The notes below the pieces were generated by a model. It was not told the origin of the DNA, did no database searches, and saw nothing but the letters and a program-made list of their open reading frames with translations. Positions 45,749 to 53,288 of a stretch of DNA of 64,000 bases are shown in pieces. The translations under genes and the position numbers were made by a program. Positions within the stretch are counted from its first letter, which is position 1; the number at the start of each line of letters is the position of its first letter. The stretch comes from a virus. Taxonomy: Duplodnaviria; Caudoviricetes. Location of the stretch: the IMG/VR virus record IMGVR_UViG_2864522212_000004, positions 64,001 through 128,000 of that record; one strand, 5' to 3'.

Positions 45749-46152
45749 TTGTTTTCCTCTCTTTGATGATGCTTGTCTTCGATGACCCGGATGCGTTGAA
45801 TGCCGTCGAGATGAATGTGCATGGGTGTGCCGGTGATCCAATTCCAATACACGTGATCCAACACGACGGGAATGGTTGAGCCGTCTCTGATTCGTGCCGT
45901 GATTGTTCTCTCCCACCAGCATCCGGTGTTGTGTTCCAGAATCTGAACGGGCGCGGTGACTGTAAAGCCTTGCAGTGGCTTCGGGGCTGTGTCATTGAAT
46001 TCGACTTCTACCGTTTTCCCTTCGAATCGGATACGTATGTCATTGATCGCCGCATCAAGGAGTGGCTTGTGCCGTCTCCCGTATTCGCCGCATCCTTGAC
46101 GGTCTCGTAATTCGTTCTTGTAAGGGATGTTGATCGATGATGCCCCGTTCAA
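45745..46152 (-). CDS. Hypothetical protein
   Basis: Overlapping start and stop codons with both neighbours. Confidence 0.6.
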   Translation of the reverse strand: MNGASSINIPYKNELRDRQGCGEYGRRHKPLLDAAINDIRIRFEGKTVEVEFNDTAPKPLQGFTVTAPVQILEHNTGCWWERTITARIRDGSTIPVVLDHVYWNWITGTPMHIHLDGIQRIRVIEDKHHQREENN

Positions 46153-46574
46153 GATTCCAGCTCCTGGTTAATATCGTCGATATTCTTTCCTTCTACCAGT
46201 CGAATCATCAACGCGATAGCCCGGCACATCTTCGGATAATCTCCGAACCGTAAGGCATTCCAGAACTGGAATTCGTATTGTTCCGTCTGGGATTGATGCT
46301 GCAGCGCATTGATGATGCCAAGCTGACGGCAGGTCAAAGCGACAGGCTCGTTCCTGTTTTCCGCATAATGCGTATACCAGAGAGCCTTTCTCAGGTCTTC
46401 GACCGGCTTGTTCTTCGACCGGTATCTCCACACGTATTTGACGGCGTTGCCCATGCAGAAGCTCATGCCGGCGGTCAGGTCAATACATTCCAGACCGGGA
46501 TGGGATAATTCGTAGTGTGCGGGATGTTCTACCGGATCGGCGTCACCGACTCGCGTCACTGTTTCATTGCTCAA
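46149..46574 (-). CDS. DUF3310 family protein (SaV/T7 gp1.7-like)
   Basis: DPVEHPAHY...ECID...FCMGNAVKYVWR...EDLRKALWY. Confidence 0.85.
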   Translation of the reverse strand: MSNETVTRVGDADPVEHPAHYELSHPGLECIDLTAGMSFCMGNAVKYVWRYRSKNKPVEDLRKALWYTHYAENRNEPVALTCRQLGIINALQHQSQTEQYEFQFWNALRFGDYPKMCRAIALMIRLVEGKNIDDINQELES

Positions 46575-47119
46575 TTGCTGCTCTTCTTTCCTGCGAACAC
46601 GTGCAGGTCGTACACGTTCTTGTTGACGCCGTGGATGGAACCGTCCGGCCAGACTTCCAACACGTAATCCGTGTCGTAATCCAGGTCTCGAACGCTGAGG
46701 TCGCTCATGCCGTTGAATTGGAGTGTCCCGGCTTTCGGCTCGCCTTTCCACGTGAAGATGACAAGGCAGCCTTCCAGCTCATGACAGTTTCGGCCAACAA
46801 GGTTGGTCAGTTCGACGAGTCGCCGGTCATCTTCGGTCCCGAACCTGTCGTAAGCGTCATGCAAAGCGGTTTGAATATCAAAATAGATGCAGGAACACTT
46901 GCTGGTCAGATTGTCTTCATCCGATTCTTCCAAGTGGAAGATGGAACGCATGCGTCCAGACATCGTGACGGCCGCAACATGTTCCTCTTCCTGGCTGGGC
47001 TGACGGTAGGCGTGAGCGCGATAACCTTTGATGAATGCTTGTCTGAGGCTGTTACTTCCAAGGCCTGCATCCTTCAAGGCATTCAATGCTTCCTGCTGCA
47101 GGTCGATTTTCTCGGACAC
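46571..47119 (-). CDS. Hypothetical protein
   Basis: GTG start MSEKIDLQ; coupled to the next gene. Confidence 0.6.
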   Translation of the reverse strand: MSEKIDLQQEALNALKDAGLGSNSLRQAFIKGYRAHAYRQPSQEEEHVAAVTMSGRMRSIFHLEESDEDNLTSKCSCIYFDIQTALHDAYDRFGTEDDRRLVELTNLVGRNCHELEGCLVIFTWKGEPKAGTLQFNGMSDLSVRDLDYDTDYVLEVWPDGSIHGVNKNVYDLHVFAGKKSSN

Positions 47120-47121
47120 GA

Positions 47122-47502
47122 TTAGGCTTCTTCTTCGATGTGGGCTGATGGATGCGAATCCGTTTGAATCAATGCGAATTCGAGTTCCACGCCAGGGTTG
47201 CGTCGCAGATAGGATTGCACGGATTCCACTCCGGCGACGATGCACGCGGCCTCACCACGTCGAACATCATGGCGCCCGTTCTGGTTGGCGATACCGGTCG
47301 CATACTCGTGAAGCCGAGTCAGCACGTCAACGTCAACGGGGGTTGTTCTGGTGTCCTTGCTGTAGTCCGTGTGTTGCCGGATCCAATCCAACAACGTCCA
47401 GTTGTCTCCCCATAGCATCAACGTTCCGGGATTTGGGTAAGCGTCATCGCCGGTGCCTTTAATCCGAATGATTTGTTTGAAGTTTCGTACTGGTTCACTC
47501 AT
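47122..47502 (-). CDS. Hypothetical protein
   Basis: Overlaps the stop of the upstream gene. Confidence 0.6.
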   Translation of the reverse strand: MSEPVRNFKQIIRIKGTGDDAYPNPGTLMLWGDNWTLLDWIRQHTDYSKDTRTTPVDVDVLTRLHEYATGIANQNGRHDVRRGEAACIVAGVESVQSYLRRNPGVELEFALIQTDSHPSAHIEEEA

Positions 47503-48247
47503 TGTTTTCTGGTTTCTTGATTCCGGTCACGGCTTGCACGGTGACGTATCCGTCCGTGTCGAAGTAGTCGACCATGGCGTTGTTGTTCTGATACGTGTAC
47601 TGGTCGCCGACCTGCTGGCAGAGTTTCTTTGCGTTGCGGACTTTTGGAGTTTCGATGACGCAGGCTTGCTCTTCTACGGTCAGCTGTTCGTTGTTCTGGA
47701 TTTTCTGGTTGATTCGCCGTGCTGTTTCATCCCATTCGTCGGAGGAGGCGCTTCCTCCATGAGCTTCGATGATTCCTCGTCCGGCCCTGTGTTCCGGACC
47801 GATGATCCGGTCTTCGGAATCCGCAGCCATATATTCGGCGTGGGTCGGCACGTATGTGGAGGATTCGCCTTCCGGCAGTTGGATGGTGAATCGGGCTCTC
47901 CAACTTGCGGAACCTGTACTTGTTCGGACTCCGATCTTCCAATCTTTTGGAAGTTGACCGTTCTTCTGCAATGCTTTGATGTCCGCGCGCATGAGTTTCG
48001 CGTTTTCCGCCGGACTGCGACTGGCATCGTATTTGCCGCCGGTGATGGCGGTGGATCCCATGTAGCCTTCCGACTTCACGGAGGGCTTGATGATCGGCTC
48101 ATCAACGGTCGCCGAGCTTTTCGCTAACAATTTGGAGGCACGCTGAATCATGTCGTTGGAGGGAAGTCCCGCATTCTTGTTCTCGTTGGCGAATGTGCCA
48201 TCGCTGTTTCTGAGCTGTTGTTTCGCTTGCGCTGACTTAATGGACAT
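47495..48247 (-). CDS. LPD29-like (polyvalent-protein) domain protein with the shared N-terminal leader
   Basis: AENAKLMRADIK...KIGVRT...YTYQNNNAMVDYFD resembles the LPD29 pattern. Confidence 0.7.
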   Translation of the reverse strand: MSIKSAQAKQQLRNSDGTFANENKNAGLPSNDMIQRASKLLAKSSATVDEPIIKPSVKSEGYMGSTAITGGKYDASRSPAENAKLMRADIKALQKNGQLPKDWKIGVRTSTGSASWRARFTIQLPEGESSTYVPTHAEYMAADSEDRIIGPEHRAGRGIIEAHGGSASSDEWDETARRINQKIQNNEQLTVEEQACVIETPKVRNAKKLCQQVGDQYTYQNNNAMVDYFDTDGYVTVQAVTGIKKPENNE

Positions 48248-48264
48248 GTTTTCGTTCTTTCTAT

Positions 48265-48555
48265 TCAGATGACGGGATTCGCGGGAACTCTCGTTGGATT
48301 GCCTGCTGCGACATACTGCCCATAGTCCGGGTCGTCTTTGCAGAGTGTCCAGTCTCCGCTGCCGTCATCGTGGTAGGTCATGTGTGATTTCACGCCTTGT
48401 TCGATGAGACATCCATGGGAGCAGGTGTTGAGACGGTTTTGTTCGGGTAGTTTCATATAGCCGTCGAGGCTGTTGCGGTCTGCTTCGGGACGGAGCACGA
48501 AGTCTCCTATTCCGTTTTGGATGTCTTGGATGCTTGTGTTGGCTGCGTGGCTCAT
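48265..48555 (-). CDS. Hypothetical protein, first gene of the operon
   Basis: RBS AAGGA; directly downstream of Box A. Confidence 0.6.
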   Translation of the reverse strand: MSHAANTSIQDIQNGIGDFVLRPEADRNSLDGYMKLPEQNRLNTCSHGCLIEQGVKSHMTYHDDGSGDWTLCKDDPDYGQYVAAGNPTRVPANPVI

Positions 48556-48577
48556 TGGTGGGTCTTCCTTCAATTCT

Positions 48578-48609
48578 CTATGTGGATATATTCAGTATAA
48601 CATGCATAT
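48578..48609 (-). promoter_or_regulatory. Box A copy 4
   Basis: Sense ATATGCATGTTATACTGAATATATCCACATAG. Confidence 0.75.
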
Positions 48610-48713
48610 ATCGTAGAAGATAATCCCAATGAAAGATATTCACGGTTTAAGGCAGGCGCCTGGTGCCGAGAAAGCCGAACCGACGTCCGCAGATTCTCCA
48701 GCCTCTATCCACT

Positions 48714-48986
48714 TTAGGCATTCTCGAAAGCCTCCTGATCGAACTTGGTATCCACGTGGACGGTCCATCCGCTGCTGATCACCTCATTGCAATAGTGCTT
48801 GCGGGATGCGACCACCTGGGATTGCAGGTACCTGTTGTCCCTCAGCTGTTCCGCAGTGGGGTTGCCGAACAGTGGCGTCGGTATTCTTTTCGACCCGGTC
48901 TCCGTGACGAAGTACAGGTTGAGCACCGTGTCGTCTTTTACGCGGCGCATAAAGTCGCCGAGTTTTTCGGTCTTGTCTTCAGACAA
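48714..48986 (-). CDS. Hypothetical protein
   Basis: RBS AAGGAG + TTG (MSEDKTEKLG...). Confidence 0.6.
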   Translation of the reverse strand: MSEDKTEKLGDFMRRVKDDTVLNLYFVTETGSKRIPTPLFGNPTAEQLRDNRYLQSQVVASRKHYCNEVISSGWTVHVDTKFDQEAFENA

Positions 48987-49011
48987 TGGATCTCCTTGCT
49001 GTTCCATACTT

Positions 49012-49042
49012 TATGTAGATATATTCAGTTTAACAGGCATAA
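49012..49042 (-). promoter_or_regulatory. Box A copy 5
   Basis: Sense TTATGCCTGTTAAACTGAATATATCTACATA. Confidence 0.7.
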
Positions 49043-49243
49043 CAGAATTGTTTCAGAAAAAAGAAAAGGTGCGGCTCACCCAAAAAGTCCACAAAGGAAA
49101 GCCGCACCATAGGAGAATCCGAGGAAAATCAGGATTGCCATCGAGAGGATTCGGGTCGAGAGAACGTAGGCCCTCATCCTGATATCTCAACCTACCGTAG
49201 TGTTTCCGAAACAACAGGCGATATATTGAAACAATCAGATGGC

Positions 49244-50236
49244 TTAATTTTCTTTCGCCTGGCATTGCTGCAGGAACCCGATCGTCTCGCTTTTCTCCCA
49301 ACTGCTCATGGAAAGTCCATACTTGTCTTTGATGTAGACGCGCTTGGCCATGTAGGAGCACTGGTAGCCGCTGTTGCTCGGCAGCCAGACGGATGGGGTG
49401 GATGCGGCCCATCGTCCGACGGACTTCTTGGGGACACCGCTCCCGTACAGGTTGATGCCCTCGCTTTTCGCATTGTTGGCATCCCCCTGGCTGGCAAGCA
49501 GCACGTCCGGATCGTTCGCGTATTTCACGCGATCGTTTTTCCTTGAGTTCTTCCACAGGCCGGAGGCCCATGCGTCGTTCAAGGCGACCACATGGTCGAT
49601 CTGCACTGCGGTGCTGTCTCCGCTGACGGTCTTCCCGTTCTTCACGACGCTCTTCCGGAAGTTGATGGTCTGGCCCGTATAGGGGTCATGCAGTGTCCCG
49701 GATTGCACCTTGCAATTGGAGTCCATGACTGGATCGGTCAAGTCACGGTTGAGTATGTAGTCGCGGGTGGTTCCGTATCCGCAAAGCTGGTCGCTGTTCT
49801 GCCAGTCCCCGAAATCCTCGGCGCGATTGTAGCCCTTCGTATGGGGTGTTTCGGTCGGGAGGTTCCGGGTGGCTGTGATGGCTTCGGACACGCTCATGGG
49901 GCTTGCTGCGGAAGCCGGCAGTCCGCTCGCTCCCATATCCGTGTTCGTGGAATCCTTTTCTCCGGTGTTCCCCGAGGAGGTCAGACCGTCTTTGATCTGG
50001 CCTTCGATTTTCGACAGGTCCGGTTTTTTCAACCCCAAGCCGATGTTTGTTTTCTGCATGGAGTCTTCGCTCGGAAGTATCTGACTGATGCTGGTTATTG
50101 CAGGCAACCCGAATTGTGGGGCGACCGTGGCCCATACTCCGGTTTGGATGATGACGATGATGGTTATGAGCACGATGGCCAAGCCGCCAAGGATGCCGGC
50201 GACGGTTATGCCGGTCTTGTTTTTTCTCGATGCCAC
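49244..50236 (-). CDS. Membrane-anchored extracellular HNH nuclease (DUF1524-like)
   Basis: N-terminal TM helix; DPYTG, QIDHVVAL..AW.SG, ANDP..LLA...N..KS, WLP...C.Y. Confidence 0.85.
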   Translation of the reverse strand: MASRKNKTGITVAGILGGLAIVLITIIVIIQTGVWATVAPQFGLPAITSISQILPSEDSMQKTNIGLGLKKPDLSKIEGQIKDGLTSSGNTGEKDSTNTDMGASGLPASAASPMSVSEAITATRNLPTETPHTKGYNRAEDFGDWQNSDQLCGYGTTRDYILNRDLTDPVMDSNCKVQSGTLHDPYTGQTINFRKSVVKNGKTVSGDSTAVQIDHVVALNDAWASGLWKNSRKNDRVKYANDPDVLLASQGDANNAKSEGINLYGSGVPKKSVGRWAASTPSVWLPSNSGYQCSYMAKRVYIKDKYGLSMSSWEKSETIGFLQQCQAKEN

Positions 50237-50250
50237 GACGGTTTCCTTTT

Positions 50251-50385
50251 CTAGAACAGTCCGCTGATGATGGTCCAGACGACCGCGATGACGAATAGGA
50301 TGACGATGATCGCTCCGAACAGGTCGGCGTTGCTGTTGACGAATTCCGCAAATGGGGGAAGTTCCGGTTTCTTGTCATTGGCCAT
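50251..50385 (-). CDS. Small membrane protein
   Basis: RBS AAGGAG; single TM helix. Confidence 0.6.
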   Translation of the reverse strand: MANDKKPELPPFAEFVNSNADLFGAIIVILFVIAVVWTIISGLF

Positions 50386-50395
50386 GATGGTCTCC

Positions 50396-51541
50396 TTAGT
50401 TGTTCTGTCCATTGTTTTGGCTGTCGGATGCCGTACCATCCGACGATGTGCCGTCTGAGGCGTTATCGGACGAGGTGTTGCCGGTCTCGTCGTCGGAGTT
50501 CGCCGAGGTCACGTCGCTTTTGTTCAGTGCGTTCGCATAGGGTCTCAACGTCCTGACGCTGCCATCCGCTCCCCAGTCGATGATCTTCGCGTTACCGGAT
50601 GTAGGGTTCTTGACCAGTACGGTGATGTTCGTCTTGACGGTCGAGCCGCCGGTGTTGTCCGAAGATGACGTGTCGCTTCCCTTATCGGAACTGTCTTGCA
50701 TCGCGGCATACGGTTCGAATGTGATGCTGATCGACGCCGCAGCATAGGGAGGCGTGTCGCTGGATTGTTCCTTTGGTACGGATTGCCCGTTCTTGTCGCA
50801 CTCCACAAGCCAGTTGATGCTCACGTTTTTGAATGTTCCGATGGCTGCTGGCTGGTAGGCGTGCTCGCTGTTCGGGTCCCCGACCAGCACGGTGAACGCG
50901 TTGCTGTCTTTCCCGATGTAGGCTTTCGCCCAAGCGTTGACGACGTTCTGGAAGCTGGACGCCTGGTCGATGCGAGAGTATCCGGATGGCGTATAGGATT
51001 GGGCTCCGCCAGCGCCGCTTGCTTTCAACGGCAGCACTGTTGGCTCTCCCACGGCGGTGGCCACGTTGTTCTTCCATGAAATGAGCTGGGTTACGTCGCG
51101 GGTGGATCCGTCGGACAGGTCGGTCAGGGAGAACTGGTGGCTCCACCAGTCGGTATGTTCCTTTCCTGTTCCGGTGTCCTCGTCACTGGATCCGACTTTT
51201 GTCGCCGAATCCCATAACAGGTTCGTGGTCCCGTAACGGAATGGTCCTTTGTTTGTGTCCAACCATTTGTTGACGGACGCCAAGGCTGCCTGTTTTCCTG
51301 GTTTGTCTACGCTGATCTCCTTGTATTTCGCGCTCAACATGGAACCCATGTCCTGCAGCGTGCTGATTGCGCGAATGCTGATGACGGGAGCGACGATTCC
51401 GGCGATCATGAACACGGTGATGAAAACTTTCCACCAGCGGGTGTTTCGCATGGCGCGTTTGATTGCCGTCAGTTCGACTTCGTTCTTCCGTTTGTCTTCG
51501 GTGATGTCCATTGGAGATTCAACGGATGCTTTTCGTGCCAC
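50396..51541 (-). CDS. Bitopic conjugation protein (TcpC/VirB8-like)
   Basis: One N-terminal TM helix plus a large external domain, in transfer-region context; family assignment is inference. Confidence 0.5.
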   Translation of the reverse strand: MARKASVESPMDITEDKRKNEVELTAIKRAMRNTRWWKVFITVFMIAGIVAPVISIRAISTLQDMGSMLSAKYKEISVDKPGKQAALASVNKWLDTNKGPFRYGTTNLLWDSATKVGSSDEDTGTGKEHTDWWSHQFSLTDLSDGSTRDVTQLISWKNNVATAVGEPTVLPLKASGAGGAQSYTPSGYSRIDQASSFQNVVNAWAKAYIGKDSNAFTVLVGDPNSEHAYQPAAIGTFKNVSINWLVECDKNGQSVPKEQSSDTPPYAAASISITFEPYAAMQDSSDKGSDTSSSDNTGGSTVKTNITVLVKNPTSGNAKIIDWGADGSVRTLRPYANALNKSDVTSANSDDETGNTSSDNASDGTSSDGTASDSQNNGQNN

Positions 51542-51624
51542 TTCGTCTCCTTGAGAATCTGAACGTGTTATCTAGTGTCAGACTATCCGGAGTCTCAGCG
51601 TGAAAGCGGTGGAAGTCGGGAAAA

Positions 51625-51661
51625 GAAAAAAGAGACTCGGATACTGCCGAGTCTCTTTTTT
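51625..51661. terminator. Bidirectional terminator
   Basis: AAAAAAGAGACTCGG-ATACTG-CCGAGTCTCTTTTTT. Confidence 0.8.
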
Positions 51662-51664
51662 GTG

Positions 51665-52048
51665 TCAGCGGGTCTGCGCGTATTTTCTGGCCAGCTCCAT
51701 GTCAAGTCCTCCGTTGACGAAGCATTGTTCCACCGCGGCGTTAAGAAGAGCCTGCGTGGTCATGTTCGTCTCGACCGACTTGATTCGCAGCGCGAGATAG
51801 TTTTCATCCGTCAGGTTCGTGCCGAGCCTCCGGTCGAACGAATACACGGGCTTCCTCCGGCCGGCCCTCCCGGATGCTTCATTCGTTTTCGTCTCATGAT
51901 CTTCCGGGATTGCTTCAGAGACTGCTTTCTGCTCGGGAGCCTCGACCGTCATCTTCGGTTCGGGGGGTTCGGATAGGAGAGGCCGACGCCCCATGTCGCG
52001 AGTGTCCTGCAGGCCGCGTCCGAAAGCGCTGTTGATATTCTTTACCAT
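51665..52048 (-). CDS. Type Ib partition partner (small centromere-binding protein, RHH-like C-terminus)
   Basis: Follows parA; flexible N-terminus then RRLGTNLTDENYLALRIKS...TTQALLNAAV (beta-alpha-alpha pattern). Confidence 0.65.
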   Translation of the reverse strand: MVKNINSAFGRGLQDTRDMGRRPLLSEPPEPKMTVEAPEQKAVSEAIPEDHETKTNEASGRAGRRKPVYSFDRRLGTNLTDENYLALRIKSVETNMTTQALLNAAVEQCFVNGGLDMELARKYAQTR

Positions 52049-52058
52049 GTTTCAACTC

Positions 52059-52721
52059 CTACTCGATGCCGAACTGTTTGACGAGGTCAATGAGCTCTTG
52101 GGTGACGGAAGCGTAATCCCTGTTGTCTATCTGGTTGGTTCCGTACAGATTCTTGATGGCTTCCCTCTCGTGGATGACCGTTTCGAATCGTGTTGCCTCC
52201 AGCTCATCCAATTGTTTCACTGCGTCACGCGCGAGTTTGGTTCGCGCTTTCACTCGCGTGAGCAGGATGATGCCGTTTCTGGCGGCCGCATAGGTCTTCC
52301 CTGCATGGCTCAAATCGCTGATGGACGGCTGGCAGGGGATGATTGACACGTCGGCCGCCTGGAGTGCCGTCTGCACCGTTCCCGCATCGGATGGAGGCGT
52401 GTCGATGATGACCCATCCTTTGTAGCGTTCGCGAATCCTGTCGGGCATTCCGAGGATCACGTCATTGGTTTGGATCACGTCGAAACCCAGCTTGTAGGGT
52501 TTGTGCGGAGTCCCGTTGGCTTCGTCTTCTTTGCGACGACGATCGTCCTCGATTCGCACGTATTCGTCCCAGAGCGTCGCGCCACCGGTGTTGTCGGCGT
52601 CCAGAACCGTGACGTGTTCGCCGCGCCGGGCGAGGCATCCGGCGATGAGCATGGCTGTCGTCGTTTTTCCGACGCCGCCTTTGATGTCGGCGACCGCGAC
52701 AAGAATCGTGCTTTTCAGCAT
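52059..52721 (-). CDS. parA: ParA Walker-type partition ATPase (type Ib, no N-terminal HTH)
   Basis: KGGVGKTT, LDAD, IIDTPP, IIPCQPS. Confidence 0.92.
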   Translation of the reverse strand: MLKSTILVAVADIKGGVGKTTTAMLIAGCLARRGEHVTVLDADNTGGATLWDEYVRIEDDRRRKEDEANGTPHKPYKLGFDVIQTNDVILGMPDRIRERYKGWVIIDTPPSDAGTVQTALQAADVSIIPCQPSISDLSHAGKTYAAARNGIILLTRVKARTKLARDAVKQLDELEATRFETVIHEREAIKNLYGTNQIDNRDYASVTQELIDLVKQFGIE

Positions 52722-52783
52722 GCTGTTTTCTCCTCTGTTCACGTTTTCCGCCGCCAAGGTGGAGGCGTGGGACGCGCTTTTTT

Positions 52784-52812
52784 TATGTGGCCACATTCAG
52801 TGTAGCAGAGGC
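52784..52812 (-). promoter_or_regulatory. Box A copy 6 (parA promoter)
   Basis: Sense GCCTCTGCTACACTGAATGTGGCCACATA. Confidence 0.6.
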
Positions 52813-52943
52813 GCATTTTTTTGTGGAACCAGCTCTCCCCATCAACAGGAAAACAACACAATGCGGGAATGATCAGGCAGAGAAACGCTTCCGCATTCAT
52901 CTGCCAAACCATTCCCGCATTTCCACAGTTCTTTGCGAAAATT

Positions 52944-53288
52944 TTAGGATGCCGTAAACAACAGCCTCTCCAAAAACGCTTTGAGCAACACGCCCAAATC
53001 CGGGAGCTGACTAGCAATCCCCTGCATCCATTCACGGATGGGAATGCCCATCGCCTCCAGGACACCGCTGATGACCCACACGAAGAACAGGCCCGCGCAT
53101 ATCCTCGCCGCAACGGACAACATTCTCATCGAACGTCCCATGATCCTCATGAATACGCTGACGCCGCCGACCGCCAACAGGAGCAGGGTCAGCACGGCTC
53201 CCGTTGGCGTGAACATCCAAGCGAACAGGACGGTGAGAAAATCGGCGGCTCCCTGCCCAGCCGTCTGAGTAACAGTGCCGGTGTCCAT
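52944..53288 (-). CDS. Small membrane protein (transfer region)
   Basis: Two to three hydrophobic helices; TGATG coupling. Confidence 0.7.
   Translation of the reverse strand: MDTGTVTQTAGQGAADFLTVLFAWMFTPTGAVLTLLLLAVGGVSVFMRIMGRSMRMLSVAARICAGLFFVWVISGVLEAMGIPIREWMQGIASQLPDLGVLLKAFLERLLFTAS

Noticed and set aside
36387-48555. Intact prophage
   Set aside because: Only regulatory, replication and accessory phage-like genes; no terminase, capsid, tail, lysis or integrase genes.
2146-52812. Box A copies as CRISPR repeats or attC-like recombination sites
   Set aside because: They are dispersed singly, always oriented upstream of an operon and contain a -10 box; no integrase is in the window. A secondary role in recombination is not excluded.
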